Assembly (NCBI GenBank): GCA_001244265.2
Contig: CDLV01000010.1
Coordinates: forward strand, 186,001-250,000
Length of the DNA: 64,000 nucleotides
Direction of reading: 5' to 3'
From: Microbotryum violaceum
Taxonomy: Eukaryota
The notes below the pieces were generated by a model that searched no databases, was not told the origin of the DNA, and saw only the letters and a program-made list of their open reading frames with translations. Position numbers and translations under genes: made by a program. Each line of letters starts with the position of its first letter. The first letter of the stretch is position 1. Shown here one piece after another: positions 13,032 to 27,421 of this stretch.

Positions 13032-16000
13032 TTACGCCTGTTGTGGCAAACCCGAACCCGAGACCTGCGGCGGTACACCCACGACCGCCATCGCCGCCGC
13101 GGCCTGAGCTTGAGCCTGTTGTTGATCCCATTCAGCCTTTTTTCGGTAATACTCTTGCCAAGCCGCATCATCCGCGCCGGCTTCGGCGTTGTTCTCGACG
13201 GCTGCAGGTGCGCCAGCCTCGAGAGGCTGCGCCGCTACGGCTCCGACGGGGCCAGGATAATAGACTTGTGCTGGTGCAACGGCGGTGGAAGGGGGTGATA
13301 CTGCGTGCGAGGATGCAACCGCAGCGTTGGGATCGGCATAAGTCGTAGAAGAGGCCATGGGTCGGTCGTAAAGTTGATGTCGGATCGTGTCGGCCGAGAC
13401 GAGCGAGCTTGCCGAGGAAGTTTGAGGTTGGGGTTCGTGCGTAGGCGGTGTAGAAACGGACAAGGATGCCATTCGGTCAACCAAAGCACCCGGAGTAGCG
13501 GTGGTAGAGGGTGTTAATGTTTGAGAGAACGAGTTCAAAGGCTGAAATTGAGCAGTATAGATCGAAGATGTGGTCGACATGGCGTAGTTCGACGTGGGCG
13601 GAGGGGGCGACTGCGTGGGAACCGGAGCGGATGCCGAATATGGTGCCATGGTGGCAGGATAGGGTTGAGCCGGATAACTCTGGCTCTGCGCCGGATAGCC
13701 CATCTGGGGAGCCACAGCCGCGACGGCCGGAGATGGCGACGAAATGGGTGCGGGGGAAGGAACAGGAGCGGACACATACGTCTGTGTTGGACCTGCAGCA
13801 GGGGAGGCCTCGGCGACGACATGCTGACGAGGGTAAACCCATTGCGAGCCATCCCATACCGGTTGGTTGGGATCAGCAGAGGGTGCGAGGACGGGGGCTT
13901 GTTGGTGACTCGGCGTCTGAGCGGCCCATTGCTGGGTCGAAGCAGCCGCGGGTGGAGGCTCGAAACCGTGAGCTCCATGTAGTGCAGGTGCGTCGTATTG
14001 CTGCGGGTGAGGTTGCGGGTAAGCAGGACCGTGGTTTGGCGTCGGTGCGTATTGTTGTTGAGGCTGGTAGTCCTGAGAAGGATAGTACTGCTTGTTCGGG
14101 ACACAGAAGGTTAGTATCCCTCCTCAGCGAGCATTGAGAGAGTATCCCGACTCACCGACGACTGCTGGGACTGCTCCTGAGCGGCCCTCCATGCAGCCAT
14201 CTCCTTCTCGTACTGTGCCATCTGCGTCTCGTACTCACGTTGAGCCCGCGCATCGGCCTCTTTCCGCGCCATCTCTTCCTCGTGTTGCCGTTGCTGGGCG
14301 AAGTTGGATTGGTGCTGTTGTTGCGAGTGCTGCTGATGGCCTTGTGTACCCGGAACTCCATACGAGGGATGAGGTTGCTGTTGCTGCTGATGCCTCGGAT
14401 CAGGATATCCACCATATTGCCCCTGTCCCTGTTGCTGCTGCGGATTCCCGTGCGGTGACTGAGACGGATGACCATACCCAACCATGCCTTCGTACGTCAT
14501 CTTGGCCCTCCCAAATTTGTCGTTCATCGATCGCAATTCGGCACCCTTCTGATCGTACTTCTTGATCAAACTCACGACCTTGGGTCGTAACGTCATCAAT
14601 TCGTTGTAGAGTTCGCCTAGTTCTTCGTTCTCAGCGACGTTCTCGCCGCGCGAGGAGAGCGTTCGCATCATATTCAGCAGACGGTCAATATTAGCCGATT
14701 GGGCAAACAGTTCGGCTTCCAATTCGGCTTCCGAGGATTGGGATGACGGAGGTGCCACGGGCGTATCGGGAAGCTCCTCCTGTGTTCGACAAGGGGTCAG
14801 TGTCGTCAGAAAGGCCGGCCCACGACACGAACCTCACAGAGACTGACCACATAAGTACGGGGAAAGATGCCCGTTGCACCTCGCAGTTCACCCCTCCACC
14901 AGTCATTGTACGGCGAGTCGATGACTCGGATGATATCGCCCTTGTGGAATGGCAGCTCCTCGGGGCTCTGTCCACCAGCAAAGTCGTACATCGCTCGAGC
15001 GCGTTGGGGCAGTCGAGGGGGTGGGAGGGACGACGTCGATGTTGAAGCATGCGATTGATATGCTTCATGCAATCCATTCGTCGAAGGCTGGCGCGGCAAA
15101 GCTTTGGACTCGTAGTCTTGCGCTCTCCCCGGGCCACCTCCCGAGTTCCCCACCCCGGCCAAACGAGCGCTCTCCTCTAAAGCGCGCTGCAGTTCCTCCT
15201 CTTCTCGCCTAAGTGCTTCATCCGTCCTCGATCGGTCGGGCTTGGGTTCGGGCTTGTCGGAGGGGAACTTCTGACCTTGACGTTTGAGTTGCTCATACGT
15301 CTCGACAAGGATGTCAAAGTCGGGGTTGTTGGGGTGCTCTTTGACCCACGCTTGGATGAGCGATAGGGCCGAGGTCTTGACTGATTCGTGTGTAGACTGC
15401 GATAAAGTATTGAATTTGGTAAGTCTCGCGATAGATCTATGACAAAGCGGTGGCTATGAACTGACTCGGTCAGTGATGAGTCGAGTCAAGGCGCCGGTGA
15501 AGGCCTTGCCGCTGATCTCTCGGTGCAGCGGAGGTCCGCAATTGTTGACGAGTGCTCCGGCGAGCTGAGTGGATATTGATTGATCCGTTGTCAGGTCTAG
15601 GATTCCGAGTGATCTGGTGTGACCTGGATCGTGCTTACGGTGAGGGAGAAGAGGTGGACGTTGGCGCTACGGTGTACGAACCGCTTCTGCAATGCGGCGA
15701 CACAGTTCCTCGCTCTGCGGGTAATTCGAAGAAGATTGGTGTTAGCATTCTAACCCGTGGCCGCATTGCAGTATTTCGTCGTCGCCTCTGTTCCGTGACT
15801 TGCCCTTGCTCGCCGTCCTCGTTGACCTTGTCCCAGACGGTCAACAGTATGTCCCAGTTGGCATCGGTCTGTTTCTCATCCGTAGCTTTGGCTGTACGTG
15901 TGCGCAAGTAGGTACGTATCGAATCCCAGGTGCGGTATTGGAAGTAGGGGAAGATCGCGAAGGCCGAGGAGATGTGTCAGATGGTCGAGTCAGTTTGAGC

Positions 16001-16088
16001 CTCCGATGACAACGACCTGGCTAGCCCCGAGATGTGTGCACTGACCTACGACCGCCTCGTACGGATTAACCGTCTTGGAACTGAACAT
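13032..16088 (-). CDS. HSE1: ESCRT-0 subunit Hse1/STAM (VHS-UIM-SH3-GAT with Pro/Gln-rich tail)
   Basis: MFSSKTVNPYEAVV|KATDEKQTDANWDILLTVWDKVNE (VHS), REEEELQRALEES (UIM), ARAMYDFAGGQSPEELPFHKGDIIRVIDSPYNDWWRGELRGATGIFPRTYV (SH3), LFAQSANIDRLL...LRPKVVSLIKKYDQK (GAT). Confidence 0.93.
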
Positions 16089-17724
16089 CGAATGGGTGCC
16101 TCGGGTGTGGCTCAAGCTACGGAGATGGGTCGTACGCGGGGTATCCGGTGACGCTGTTGACGGAGAGGCGTCGGGTCGAGGCGATGACGACGACGACGGC
16201 GACGGCCTGTAGACTGCACCTAGCAGCGGCTACTATGGCTGCACGAAATGACCCTGAGGTTGTGCTACCCTTGAGGTGGTGCGGTGTTGTCGTCGGCTGG
16301 CGGGCGAGGGGGTTGAGTGTACAAGACTAAGGCGCACGGTGTCGGTGTCCAGGGTGATGTGGCGACTGGCTCTCGAGCTCGAGCACTAGGCAGTACCAAG
16401 TCGCGTCAGGGCCGCCGTTCAAGTACTGCCTTTGGGCGCGCCGCGCGTGGCTCTCTGCACACGCTGGTCGAGTGACCGCTCCCGCCGATTTTCGAGCGCA
16501 TTTCCTAGAAGTGGTGTCTCGCGTCTTGTTGGGTCCGTGTTTCCCGGGGAGAGGAGCACCACTTGGCCCTACTCAAGTGTTGCATTCATGTGAAAGATGC
16601 ATCACCTAGATACCCAGGTCCATACAAGTTCTTGAATTGAAGTCAAACTATTTCTCTGCCGCATCCGGCGCTTCCATAGGATTCGACTCACTCGGAGGCA
16701 GGTATTCTTGTGGCTATCTTATGCTTAGAGGTCACAATGGTCCTCGCTCGCTTTGATATGCTAGGAAGAGTGCACGGCCATATCATCGAAAATCGACGTC
16801 GTCCGGCGCAAGCTCGCGGGACTGATGAAAGCAACGAATTCATGCGTGCACTGCAAGAGGACTTCCGCTGGGGAGCGCTGCCCTATTCATGAAATCTGCG
16901 GTCACATCTGCCGGTCAAAGAGGGCCGAGCGGGAAGTCTCAGGCGGTTCAGACGTACGCCAAGAGCCTGTGTGTGCTTCTGGTGCAGAGTGGATGCGTTT
17001 CCCGTTTTAGTAACTGTTCGCGAGTGCACCGCGCGTCTGAATGATCTCAGGGGCGCGAACGAGCAAATGTGGGGCACAGAAATCAGCGCCGAATAACCTG
17101 ACTCGAGCTCGCTGCCACAAATCCCGGAAGCACTTTTTGAATGGGACCACCTTTTTTTGGTACCTTTTATGTGAAAGGTCATGGAACGCTTTCTACAGGT
17201 CAGATGTTACAATTATGCCCGACACCGGGTTGCTAGATGGAACGACGGAGAAGGAGTTGGAAAGCGATGGAGCGACGAGCCGCGGGTAACGTCGTGCTGT
17301 CTCGGAGAGGAAGCTAAAAAGGCGAGGAGAGTATCGGATTTAGTCGCGGTTGATCTTTGAGCCGGACTGCTATGGCCCACTAAGACCGTTACACTGGAAA
17401 CTCTGTCGTTGAAAGTGGCCGCCAGGGCAGTGGAAAAATGCCGAATCACCGGTAAAGCCGAGCTACCGGTAACGCCGAACTCGAACAACCCCGCACGCAT
17501 CCGCGCATCTGCGCAACTTCACAAAAGATCGTCGCTCTCTTGTATACAATTTTACCGTCGTGTGACCAGGCTCCACGCCCTACGCCTCTCATCTACAGAA
17601 AACTATGATCGAGTTTGCTTTACCCACCTAACTAGCTACCTGAGGACGAACTGGTGTCAACTTTTTCACCTCTTCGACCTCTTTTACCTCAGCAACTCAC
17701 ATCCGTCCAGCTCTCGTGCTCAAA

Positions 17725-19250
17725 ATGACCTCACTCCAAAACAAGGTGCAAGCTATCCTCGATAAATCTACACTACCTGCATATTTCTTCTCCAATACTC
17801 CACTACACTATGGAGCCGACTCCAACAGGCTACTGAGACTTTTCCGCCCGGCCTTCTCGGCCGTCCTCCCCCGCGCCCCTTGATTCTGCCCCATTCGCCC
17901 CCGCACTCGCACTCCGCATTGCTCGACGCCGCAGTCCTCTGGAGGCCCCGCAGGATGTGTGTTCGCAGCCATGGATCGTTCGGGCAAGATTATTGTCAAA
18001 GTGAGTGGGTACTTATTGGCTTGTGGTCTTCTCCTGGACCTCCGGTACTCACCGCGCCGGGTTTCCACGCGCAGGCGGCTTCGGGGGTGGAGGAGCTGGG
18101 CAATGCTGATCGGCCCATGAAAACCAATTCGCTCTTCTGTGAGTCACCACTGGCTGCGCCAAGTCAATACGGATGGAGATGAGGCAACTGACCTGGTTAC
18201 ACATGACATTCAACCAGGTCTCTACAGTTGCACCAAAGCGCTCGCCGGTATCGCCGTGATGCAGCTCGTCGAGCAAGGCAAAGCCGACCTCGACGCCCCT
18301 GTAGGGGACGTCTTGCCCGAAGTGGGGAATGCGACCTTCTCCGATGGGCGCAAGCCCAAGAGGGCAATCACCCTTCGTCACCTCCTCACCCACACCTCCG
18401 GACTTGGCTACACCATCTTTCATAAGGACTTGCTCGCTTGGAGCCTGCAGAATGGGAAGGTGAACGAGTGCGACGGACACTTTGATGCGTTCATGTCGCC
18501 GCTCATTGCCGAGCCCGGGGAGGACTGGAATTACAGGATCGGGATCGATTGGGCAGGAGAGTGAGTCCTTCTCGGCTCTCGCGTCTGCATTCTCCCTCGC
18601 AAGAAGGCCTGCCATCCTGAAACCGCTGCGCTCCACGTTTTACCGCCCTCACAAAGGTACCTCCATCGAGTAACGGGCCTCACTCTTGGCGAGTACTCCA
18701 AGAAGAACATCTTTGAGCCTCTTGGAGCGGAAGACACCGAGTACCATCTCCTACCCGAAAACAAGAAGCGTCTGGTCGCGATGCACGCCCGTGGGGAAGA
18801 CGGCAAGCTTTCCGTCATCGATCACCTGCCGATGACCTACGGGGCTTCGTTCGATTCAGGAGGTGGAGGGACGATCGGTTCGATCGAATAGTACCTCAAG
18901 TGCGTGCACGTCTTCATGAACGAAGGTGTAGGTGCGAATGGGGCGAGAATCCTCAAGGCCGAAACCGTCAAGGCGATGCTGCAGGATTAGTTGGGTCCGG
19001 TTCGAGAGATTATGGGCTCGGACCCCCTGGAGCGAACGATCGAAGGCGCTGTCCCTGTGTGTACCTTGGATACCTCTCAAGTCCAAATCCAGTTGAGTCT
19101 GACTCTTTCAAACGCCTTCGCAGGGAATAAGCTACCCGCTGGTAGCGATTCCGGGCCAACGCAGAGGCTGGGGTGAGTCAGAGACAAGAGCTTCTTGGCC
19201 ATCAGTGAACCCCGAGTTCACTCCGGTATAAGATGGCGGCTTTGGTCCTC
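17725..19250 (+). pseudogene. Beta-lactamase/LovD-like serine hydrolase (SxxK family) pseudogene
   Basis: SCTK, ITLRHLLTHTSGLGY, PLIAEPGEDWNYRIGIDWAG and DSGGGG are present. There are two in-frame TAG stops (18889-18891 and 18988-18990), and the C-terminal motifs are not recognisable. Confidence 0.8.
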
Positions 19251-19860
19251 AGTCCGCCTTACTGACACAGAGACGAGAGCCGATCTTTGGACCCACCAGG
19301 AATCACCTTCCAAATTACCTTTGACCCGCTGCCGACCCGGCGGCGATGGTCCCGTGGTTGGAGTGTGAAACCGAGGTCTACAAGGCGGTCGCGCAATGAG
19401 CGAATGTACTCTAGTTTGAATCTAGGGGTCATGGTGCATTGCTGGCTGAGGATGCGCTCCCGGTCGCCTCCGGCTGAAGCGACAACTTGAAGGTATGGTT
19501 TTGCGGTTGCGATGCAACTCTGAGGAAGTTATGGTGCCTTTCTTAAATTTCTTAGGAGAAGTATTGAAGGGGTTAATCTGTAGGAAGTTAGTTTCTATTG
19601 CATGAAAGTTGTTTAGCGTGAGTCCGTAGGTTATCAGGGAAGTTCTGCTATAACTTCCACATCTTCCTCAAGCATTGTCGGCGCCACTTTGGATGACAAA
19701 TTCGGGCGTGTCTCGGACTCCGCTACCGTTGACCGAATTTGAGCGCGATTCGCCTAACATTCACACCCATTGCTTTGCTTCGCTTCACTCGACTTCCCTA
19801 TCCAGCCGCTCCCCCTCCCCTTTCTCTTCCACCACTTTTTAACACCTACGAATAACGACC

Positions 19861-21109
19861 ATGCCCACCAGCTACCTCATCACGGGAGCGTCCCGAGGCC
19901 TAGGCTTCGAGACGACGCGACAGCTGCTTACCACGTCCGAGTCGAATGTCGTCTTCGCCGCCGCGCGTGACCCGCGGTCATCGAAGGCGTTGCAGGCCTT
20001 GGCTGAAGAGTACAAGCCACGACTGCACCTCGTCACGTTGGATACGACGTCTCAAGTCAGCGTCGATGTGAGTTGAACGGTCATCAGTCCTTGCTCAACT
20101 CCATGGAGTCCCTCTGACTCTGCTCATTTTGGTCCCTGGTCGCTCTGCCTCCCACCCCCACCCCTCGATTCCGTCATTTCGAACCCGACTCGCGCAGGCC
20201 GCCGTCGCCCAAGTGACCAAGATCCTCGGGGACCAGGGACTTGACGCATTGCTCAACAACGCAGGCGTATTCTCCGGGGGGCCCACAACCTTCTCGACGG
20301 CGTATGTCCCCTTAACTCACCAGGCGAGCGAAGTCGATGAGCTGACGTGACGTCTACTCCTTCCGGATCGGCGACGAACCGACCGACAGTGACAAGGATT
20401 CGCTCATCGCCGACATCTCGACAAATCTCTATGGCGTTATTTACACGACTCAAGGATTTCTTCCTTTGCTGAGAAAGGGTCAAAAGAAGCAGATTTTTGT
20501 AACCAGCTCCATCATGGGCTCGATGGTACGACCCCATGTTCCGTGCGAGCCGAACGTTCTTGCTCAGCTACTGATCTCCACACGAGCACTATCTGACAGG
20601 GCGACGATTTGGGCAAGACGGCCTATGCGATCAACTACTCGGTCTCGAAAGCGGCGGTGAACATGTGGACATTGAAGGTCGCGAACGAGCTCGGACCGGT
20701 CAGTCACCGTCACAATCTGCTTCCGAGGTTCAATTGCCTTAGCTAAAGCGCCTTGTTGCAAATTCGTAGGATGGCTTTACCGTCGTTCCCTTCCACCCGG
20801 GATACGTCAAGGTATTTTTAAACTTTGCGTTCGCGCAATCGAAATAATTGCGATGCTGATCGCGATTCAATCACCTTCTATTTCCAGACCGACATGAACG
20901 GCGGAACCGGCGGCGAGATCACACCTCAAGTCTCGGTGGAGAAGACGTATGTTGCCCCCCACATTACTTCCCACGCTTTATGTTATACGACTGAACCCCG
21001 GTCCACGATGATGATGATCGGCTGCAGATTGAAGAATATCATCCTCAAAGTCAAGCCGGAGGATAATGGGAAGTTTTTGTCGTATGACGGCAGGCAGCTC
21101 AAGTGGTGA
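19861..21109 (+). CDS. Short-chain dehydrogenase/reductase (C-factor/CsgA-like), multi-exon
   Basis: MPTSYLITGASRGLG (TGxxxGxG), LLNNAG, TSSIMGS, YSVSKAAVNM (YxxxK), HPGYVK|TDMNG, GKFLSYDGRQLKW*. Confidence 0.9.
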
Positions 21110-21554
21110 TCATTTCAAAGCGAACGCATAGAGAATGGGCTCGTTTTCACCTACAAAACACACCTTAATTATGTAATGCATTTACCGTGTTTGATCCACA
21201 CACCCTCCAGCGCCTGGGCCTCTGCATGAGGAAGATCCAAACTCGAAAGCTACGATACCAAAGCGAGATGTGAACCAGGCTATCCCTAGGATACATGGGC
21301 TCACGGTGCGCTATCTTAAGCCGGCCTTCGTCAATCAAGAACAGGAGAAAACAGGGAATGCGGTGGCATGATGCGTAAGATGGGTTTACAACAGCGGCTG
21401 GCCGACCGAGCTAAAGAAAGCAAACTACAAACAAGGCGAAAGAGACGGCCATCAAAGAGTGGCTTCCCATTGAACCTTTTCTCCTCGCTCCAACTGAAAT
21501 ACAAAACGGCAACGTCCTTCCTTCCATCATCCTTCCATCGAACAGGAGAAGCGC

Positions 21555-22948
<1,394 letters not shown>

Positions 22949-23397
22949 ACCCTCGACTCCTGTCTCCCCCTTTTCCTCTCGAATGGGCTTTGTGGCTTGT
23001 CTGTTGCGGCGCGATCACATTGTTGTTCTTCATCTCCTACTTTCGTATTTCACTCCCTACTGTGTAATCATTCCATCTTTTCGCGCTGCCGCGCACCGCA
23101 TCCCCTACTCTTCTGCTGCCTTTCACCTGTGGAACCCGAGAGCTGCCTCTGCATGATGATGGCATTCAAGGATCTCATCTGACGTTTCCCTAAACGACAT
23201 CGTCCTGCTAGACCAGCGCAATCGCTGCAATTTCTACGATGTGTCAGTCCCAAGTCGAGTAGTCACGATTGCGCCGCCTTTTTTCGGTAATTTTCGTCAA
23301 GCCTCTTGTTTCCCTCTCTCTTGGTCTCTGAGATACCCCATCCTTCAAGCATACTGCCAAAACATCATTTTGAATAACATACGCCTTCTCCCGTGCG

Positions 23398-26283
23398 CTA
23401 CCAACCCCCTCTATTGATCTTGGTCGCCAACTGCGCCATCTTCCTCGATTGACCAATCTCAATACCGGAACCTTGCATCTCCCTCAACAAAGCCGACGCG
23501 GCCTTGTAATTGTCCATCTTGACGAAACCGTCAATGAGCGTGTACCACGTATCCAAAGGCGTGACGGGCACACCCTTTTTGTCGAATTCGGTAGTCACTG
23601 GTACGGCGACTCCGAAACCGGAGGAATTTTTCTGGTTAGCGTTCGGACGCCTGTTTTGCATTTCCCGGAAGGTCTCCATCGCAAGCTGAACGCCCCAACG
23701 TGAGCGTAGGGACATGGCAGCGGAGATGAGGGCGTTGTAGCCTATTCGGTTGAAGGGGATGCGACGCTGGTGCATTCGAGCTTTGAGGTTGAGCGCGGCG
23801 ATGAAGTAAGGATGAGCACCTTCGTCGTCTACTGAGGCGGGGTCGATGGCAAGGAGGAACCCTTGGATCACGGAGGTGTAAATGATCTCATTCGTAAGGA
23901 CGTTCGATCGTTCCATTTCGTCGATGAGATCGACGGCAGCGGCGAGTCGATCGGGTTCACCCGAGTTGGCGAGGTGGTGAATCAAGGAACCGTACGTCGT
24001 CGTCGTCGGTTTAATCTTACCCGATTCCATGATGCGCATCAGTTTCGCGACCGAGTCCTTTTGACCTGCATCAAGGAGGGCTTGCAGGATCATCGTATAA
24101 GTGAAGACGTCGGCTTCGATGCCCTTTTCGGAGATGAGGCGGAGAATGCGAGACACGCCCGCAAGATCGGCTCGAGGTTTTCGGTTCGCGTAGTACTTGA
24201 GGAGGTTGTTGGCATGGTAGACGGTGAAAGGGACTTGCGCCTCTTCCATCCTCTGCACGATCGCCATCGCCTCCTTCTCGAGCTTGTTAACCAACAAACC
24301 GCGAATGACTTGACCCCAGACGGGGGTGGGCAACTTCCTTTCGGGTAGTTCGCGGAGGATCGAAGCGTCTTTGGACATGGTTTCAAAGAGGTTGATGGCA
24401 TGTTGGGGATCCTTATTGTTCAGGTAGACCCCAACGCGTTCCATCTCGACCCAGACGTTGGGTTGAATACCCTCTCGCCTCATCTGAGCGTAGACCGTCT
24501 CGGTCGCTTCGAGATCGTGGCGTTGCGCATAGCCTTGGATCAAAGCAGTATACGTAACGACGTTGTGTGACAGACCGCGCGCAGGGATCCAACTCCAGAT
24601 TCTACCGGCGCTGTCGAAGTCCTTGGCTCGGGTCAAGACGGTGATGAAAGGTGCGACGATGGCTGGGATCAACGAGGCCCGTGGGAATGACGTCCTCGGT
24701 TGAGGTGCTGCAGGAGTTGCGGTCTCCTTCCCTTCCGCAGCGGTCGCCTCGGCTTGCTCGCTGTCCCCTTCTCCTTGCTCCCGCTCTGGCTCCGCGACAG
24801 CTTGCTCCTCTTCCTCGCGCTCTCGTTCGGCGTCCTTTTCACTGATCGAAACATGCATCTTCCTCGCATTCTGACTCCACTCATTCGTCTCAATCCACGC
24901 CACCGTCTCCTTCTCGACCCCCTCAGCGATCGCTTCCCAAAAGTAAGCAACCTCTTCTTGCCCACTCCTCCTACCCAACCCTCTAATCCTCTTAACCAAA
25001 CCAAAAGCTGGATCCACTCCTCTCAAATACCACAACTGCGCCAACAAAATTTGACGTGTCCAACTTTGAGCTTCGGAAATGACGTTGGAAGCGTTATTGA
25101 ATTGCGCGCGATTTTGTAATGCGTGCAAATTGTTGTTGAATTCATCGGGTGCGCGTTTACGATAACTTGCTAGGAGTGGGGCGAGGGGATGTCCGATGAG
25201 GGAGGGGAGGATCGAGGCGAAGGAAGGTCGGTTCGGTTCGGGTTGTAGATTCGAAAGTAAGGATCGGGCGACGATGTAAGAGTGGAAGAGTCCGCCAGAG
25301 GGAATCGTACTCGCGGCTTTGCTTCGAAGCATCATTTCGATCGAAGGAGCTCCACCGGCTAGGGAACGATGATCCAATGAGTTGGGACCGGAGCGAAGTT
25401 GGAGATATTCTTCCTTGAGGATCGAATCCCACAACTCGACGACTTTTTCAGCCCCCGAAACGCCGAGCTGTAACTCCCTCCATGCCCAGGCCGTGACTCC
25501 GCTGGGATCGGAAGATCCGTACAGGTACAGTAAGAGTTCTTTGACGTCGGACCAACCGGCCTGCGAACTCGCGCCTCGTCGGGACTCGCTCGCACACGCT
25601 TCAAGAACCCTGGCCATGTCTTTGGGTTGCAATTGACCGGCCATGCGCATACGTCTGATCGGAAGCCATCCGTGGAGAAAGGCGGCTCGGAACGAAGAAA
25701 GGGGTCGGGTCGTGCCGTCGATCAGGTTCTGCAAGGCCTTGTTGTAATCCAAGCTTGTGGCCGGGCCCGGGTTGGAGGAGGATACAACGAGTGGTGTGGA
25801 TGAAGATGTGATTGAGCTGGCGTCGGGACTCGTCTCGGCCAATACAAAAGGAGCTGAGGTCGACTGAGCGGGGGCTGCTGCCGGTGAAAGAGGGGGGGTG
25901 GCCATACTGGCCCTGATCTCGGCGAGCAAAGCGAGGGCCGATGGGATCGTGGCTTTGTTCGATGTCGAGGCCGTGGTTTTGAGTTTGGAACCATAATTCG
26001 GTTTGGGTCGTGGGTGTGAGCTCTTGACCGACTTTGAGTTTCTAGGTGTTTGAGCTGGACGAGCTGCTTCGGTTTGCAGTGGCTGCTGCTGCTGCGAAGG
26101 GGACGAAGCCGGCTTGACGCGTACTGTCGCCGGCAACGAGGAAGGACCGGTTGCAGTACTTTTGGAGGTGGATGCGTTGCAGCATGTCGTTGAAAATCCA
26201 GCTTTGGTACTTGAGCTCGAATCGACGGTGCTAGGCGCCAAGAAGTCGAGCACGCCCGTCGACCTTCGCGACAGCGACAGCAT
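23398..26283 (-). CDS. Pentatricopeptide-repeat (PPR) protein, probably mitochondrial, single exon (961 aa)
   Basis: Repeated PPR-type helices: NVVTYTALIQGYA, DVFTYTMILQALL, TTTYGSLIHHLA, NEIIYTSVIQGFL, NRIGYNALISAAM, LDTWYTLIDGFV. Arg/Ser-rich N-terminus. Confidence 0.9.
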   Translation of the reverse strand: MLSLSRRSTGVLDFLAPSTVDSSSSTKAGFSTTCCNASTSKSTATGPSSLPATVRVKPASSPSQQQQPLQTEAARPAQTPRNSKSVKSSHPRPKPNYGSKLKTTASTSNKATIPSALALLAEIRASMATPPLSPAAAPAQSTSAPFVLAETSPDASSITSSSTPLVVSSSNPGPATSLDYNKALQNLIDGTTRPLSSFRAAFLHGWLPIRRMRMAGQLQPKDMARVLEACASESRRGASSQAGWSDVKELLLYLYGSSDPSGVTAWAWRELQLGVSGAEKVVELWDSILKEEYLQLRSGPNSLDHRSLAGGAPSIEMMLRSKAASTIPSGGLFHSYIVARSLLSNLQPEPNRPSFASILPSLIGHPLAPLLASYRKRAPDEFNNNLHALQNRAQFNNASNVISEAQSWTRQILLAQLWYLRGVDPAFGLVKRIRGLGRRSGQEEVAYFWEAIAEGVEKETVAWIETNEWSQNARKMHVSISEKDAEREREEEEQAVAEPEREQGEGDSEQAEATAAEGKETATPAAPQPRTSFPRASLIPAIVAPFITVLTRAKDFDSAGRIWSWIPARGLSHNVVTYTALIQGYAQRHDLEATETVYAQMRREGIQPNVWVEMERVGVYLNNKDPQHAINLFETMSKDASILRELPERKLPTPVWGQVIRGLLVNKLEKEAMAIVQRMEEAQVPFTVYHANNLLKYYANRKPRADLAGVSRILRLISEKGIEADVFTYTMILQALLDAGQKDSVAKLMRIMESGKIKPTTTTYGSLIHHLANSGEPDRLAAAVDLIDEMERSNVLTNEIIYTSVIQGFLLAIDPASVDDEGAHPYFIAALNLKARMHQRRIPFNRIGYNALISAAMSLRSRWGVQLAMETFREMQNRRPNANQKNSSGFGVAVPVTTEFDKKGVPVTPLDTWYTLIDGFVKMDNYKAASALLREMQGSGIEIGQSRKMAQLATKINRGGW

Positions 26284-26747
26284 TCTGAATTACAGCGAGC
26301 GAGCAACGAGTTTCAGTAAAGTATTGTGCGAATCGATACCTCGCAGACTCGAATTGACTCACGACCTCTTCATCCTGTGGCACGGGCCGGTGATAAAGTA
26401 TCCAAGGAACCCGAGAGCAGCGACGAGCACGAAGCAAACGAGCGTCTGGTCGGCGATCAGCTCCGCACGGCCGACAATGCTACGGGCAGTCACTGGCAGT
26501 CAAGGGCACGAGTGTCAAGTCTTGTTGAAAGAAACGATCCTGCTGTTTATGAATCCTCAATTGGCGATTTGTGGCTCTCAAGGTTGGCAGGTAAAGGCTC
26601 TCTCGAAAGTCTCTTCGATTTACTAACGGACAAGAACCAATTCAAGTGCGTGAAAGCTGGTACGATGGGGTGATTGCAGTCGAAATCTCCCAAGCAGTGC
26701 TCTCTAAACCCAACTGCGCCTACTCCATCATGCGGACCCATTCAGAT

Positions 26748-27421
<674 letters not shown>

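Noticed and set aside
16822..16845. CTGATGA as a hammerhead ribozyme core or C-box (also near 2160 and 33615)
   Set aside because: No stem II followed by GAAA, and no matching D box with a terminal stem.
18889..18990. In-frame TAG codons as evidence of stop-codon reassignment (TAG = Gln)
   Set aside because: TAG ends intact genes in the same window (pyruvate kinase, THP3, PPR), no other gene has internal TAG, and this locus has other lesions. A pseudogene is the simpler explanation.
19490..19670. AT-rich patch with recurrent GGAAGTT-like words
   Set aside because: Too degenerate to define a repeat unit or terminal inverted repeats; at most a promoter or decayed relic.
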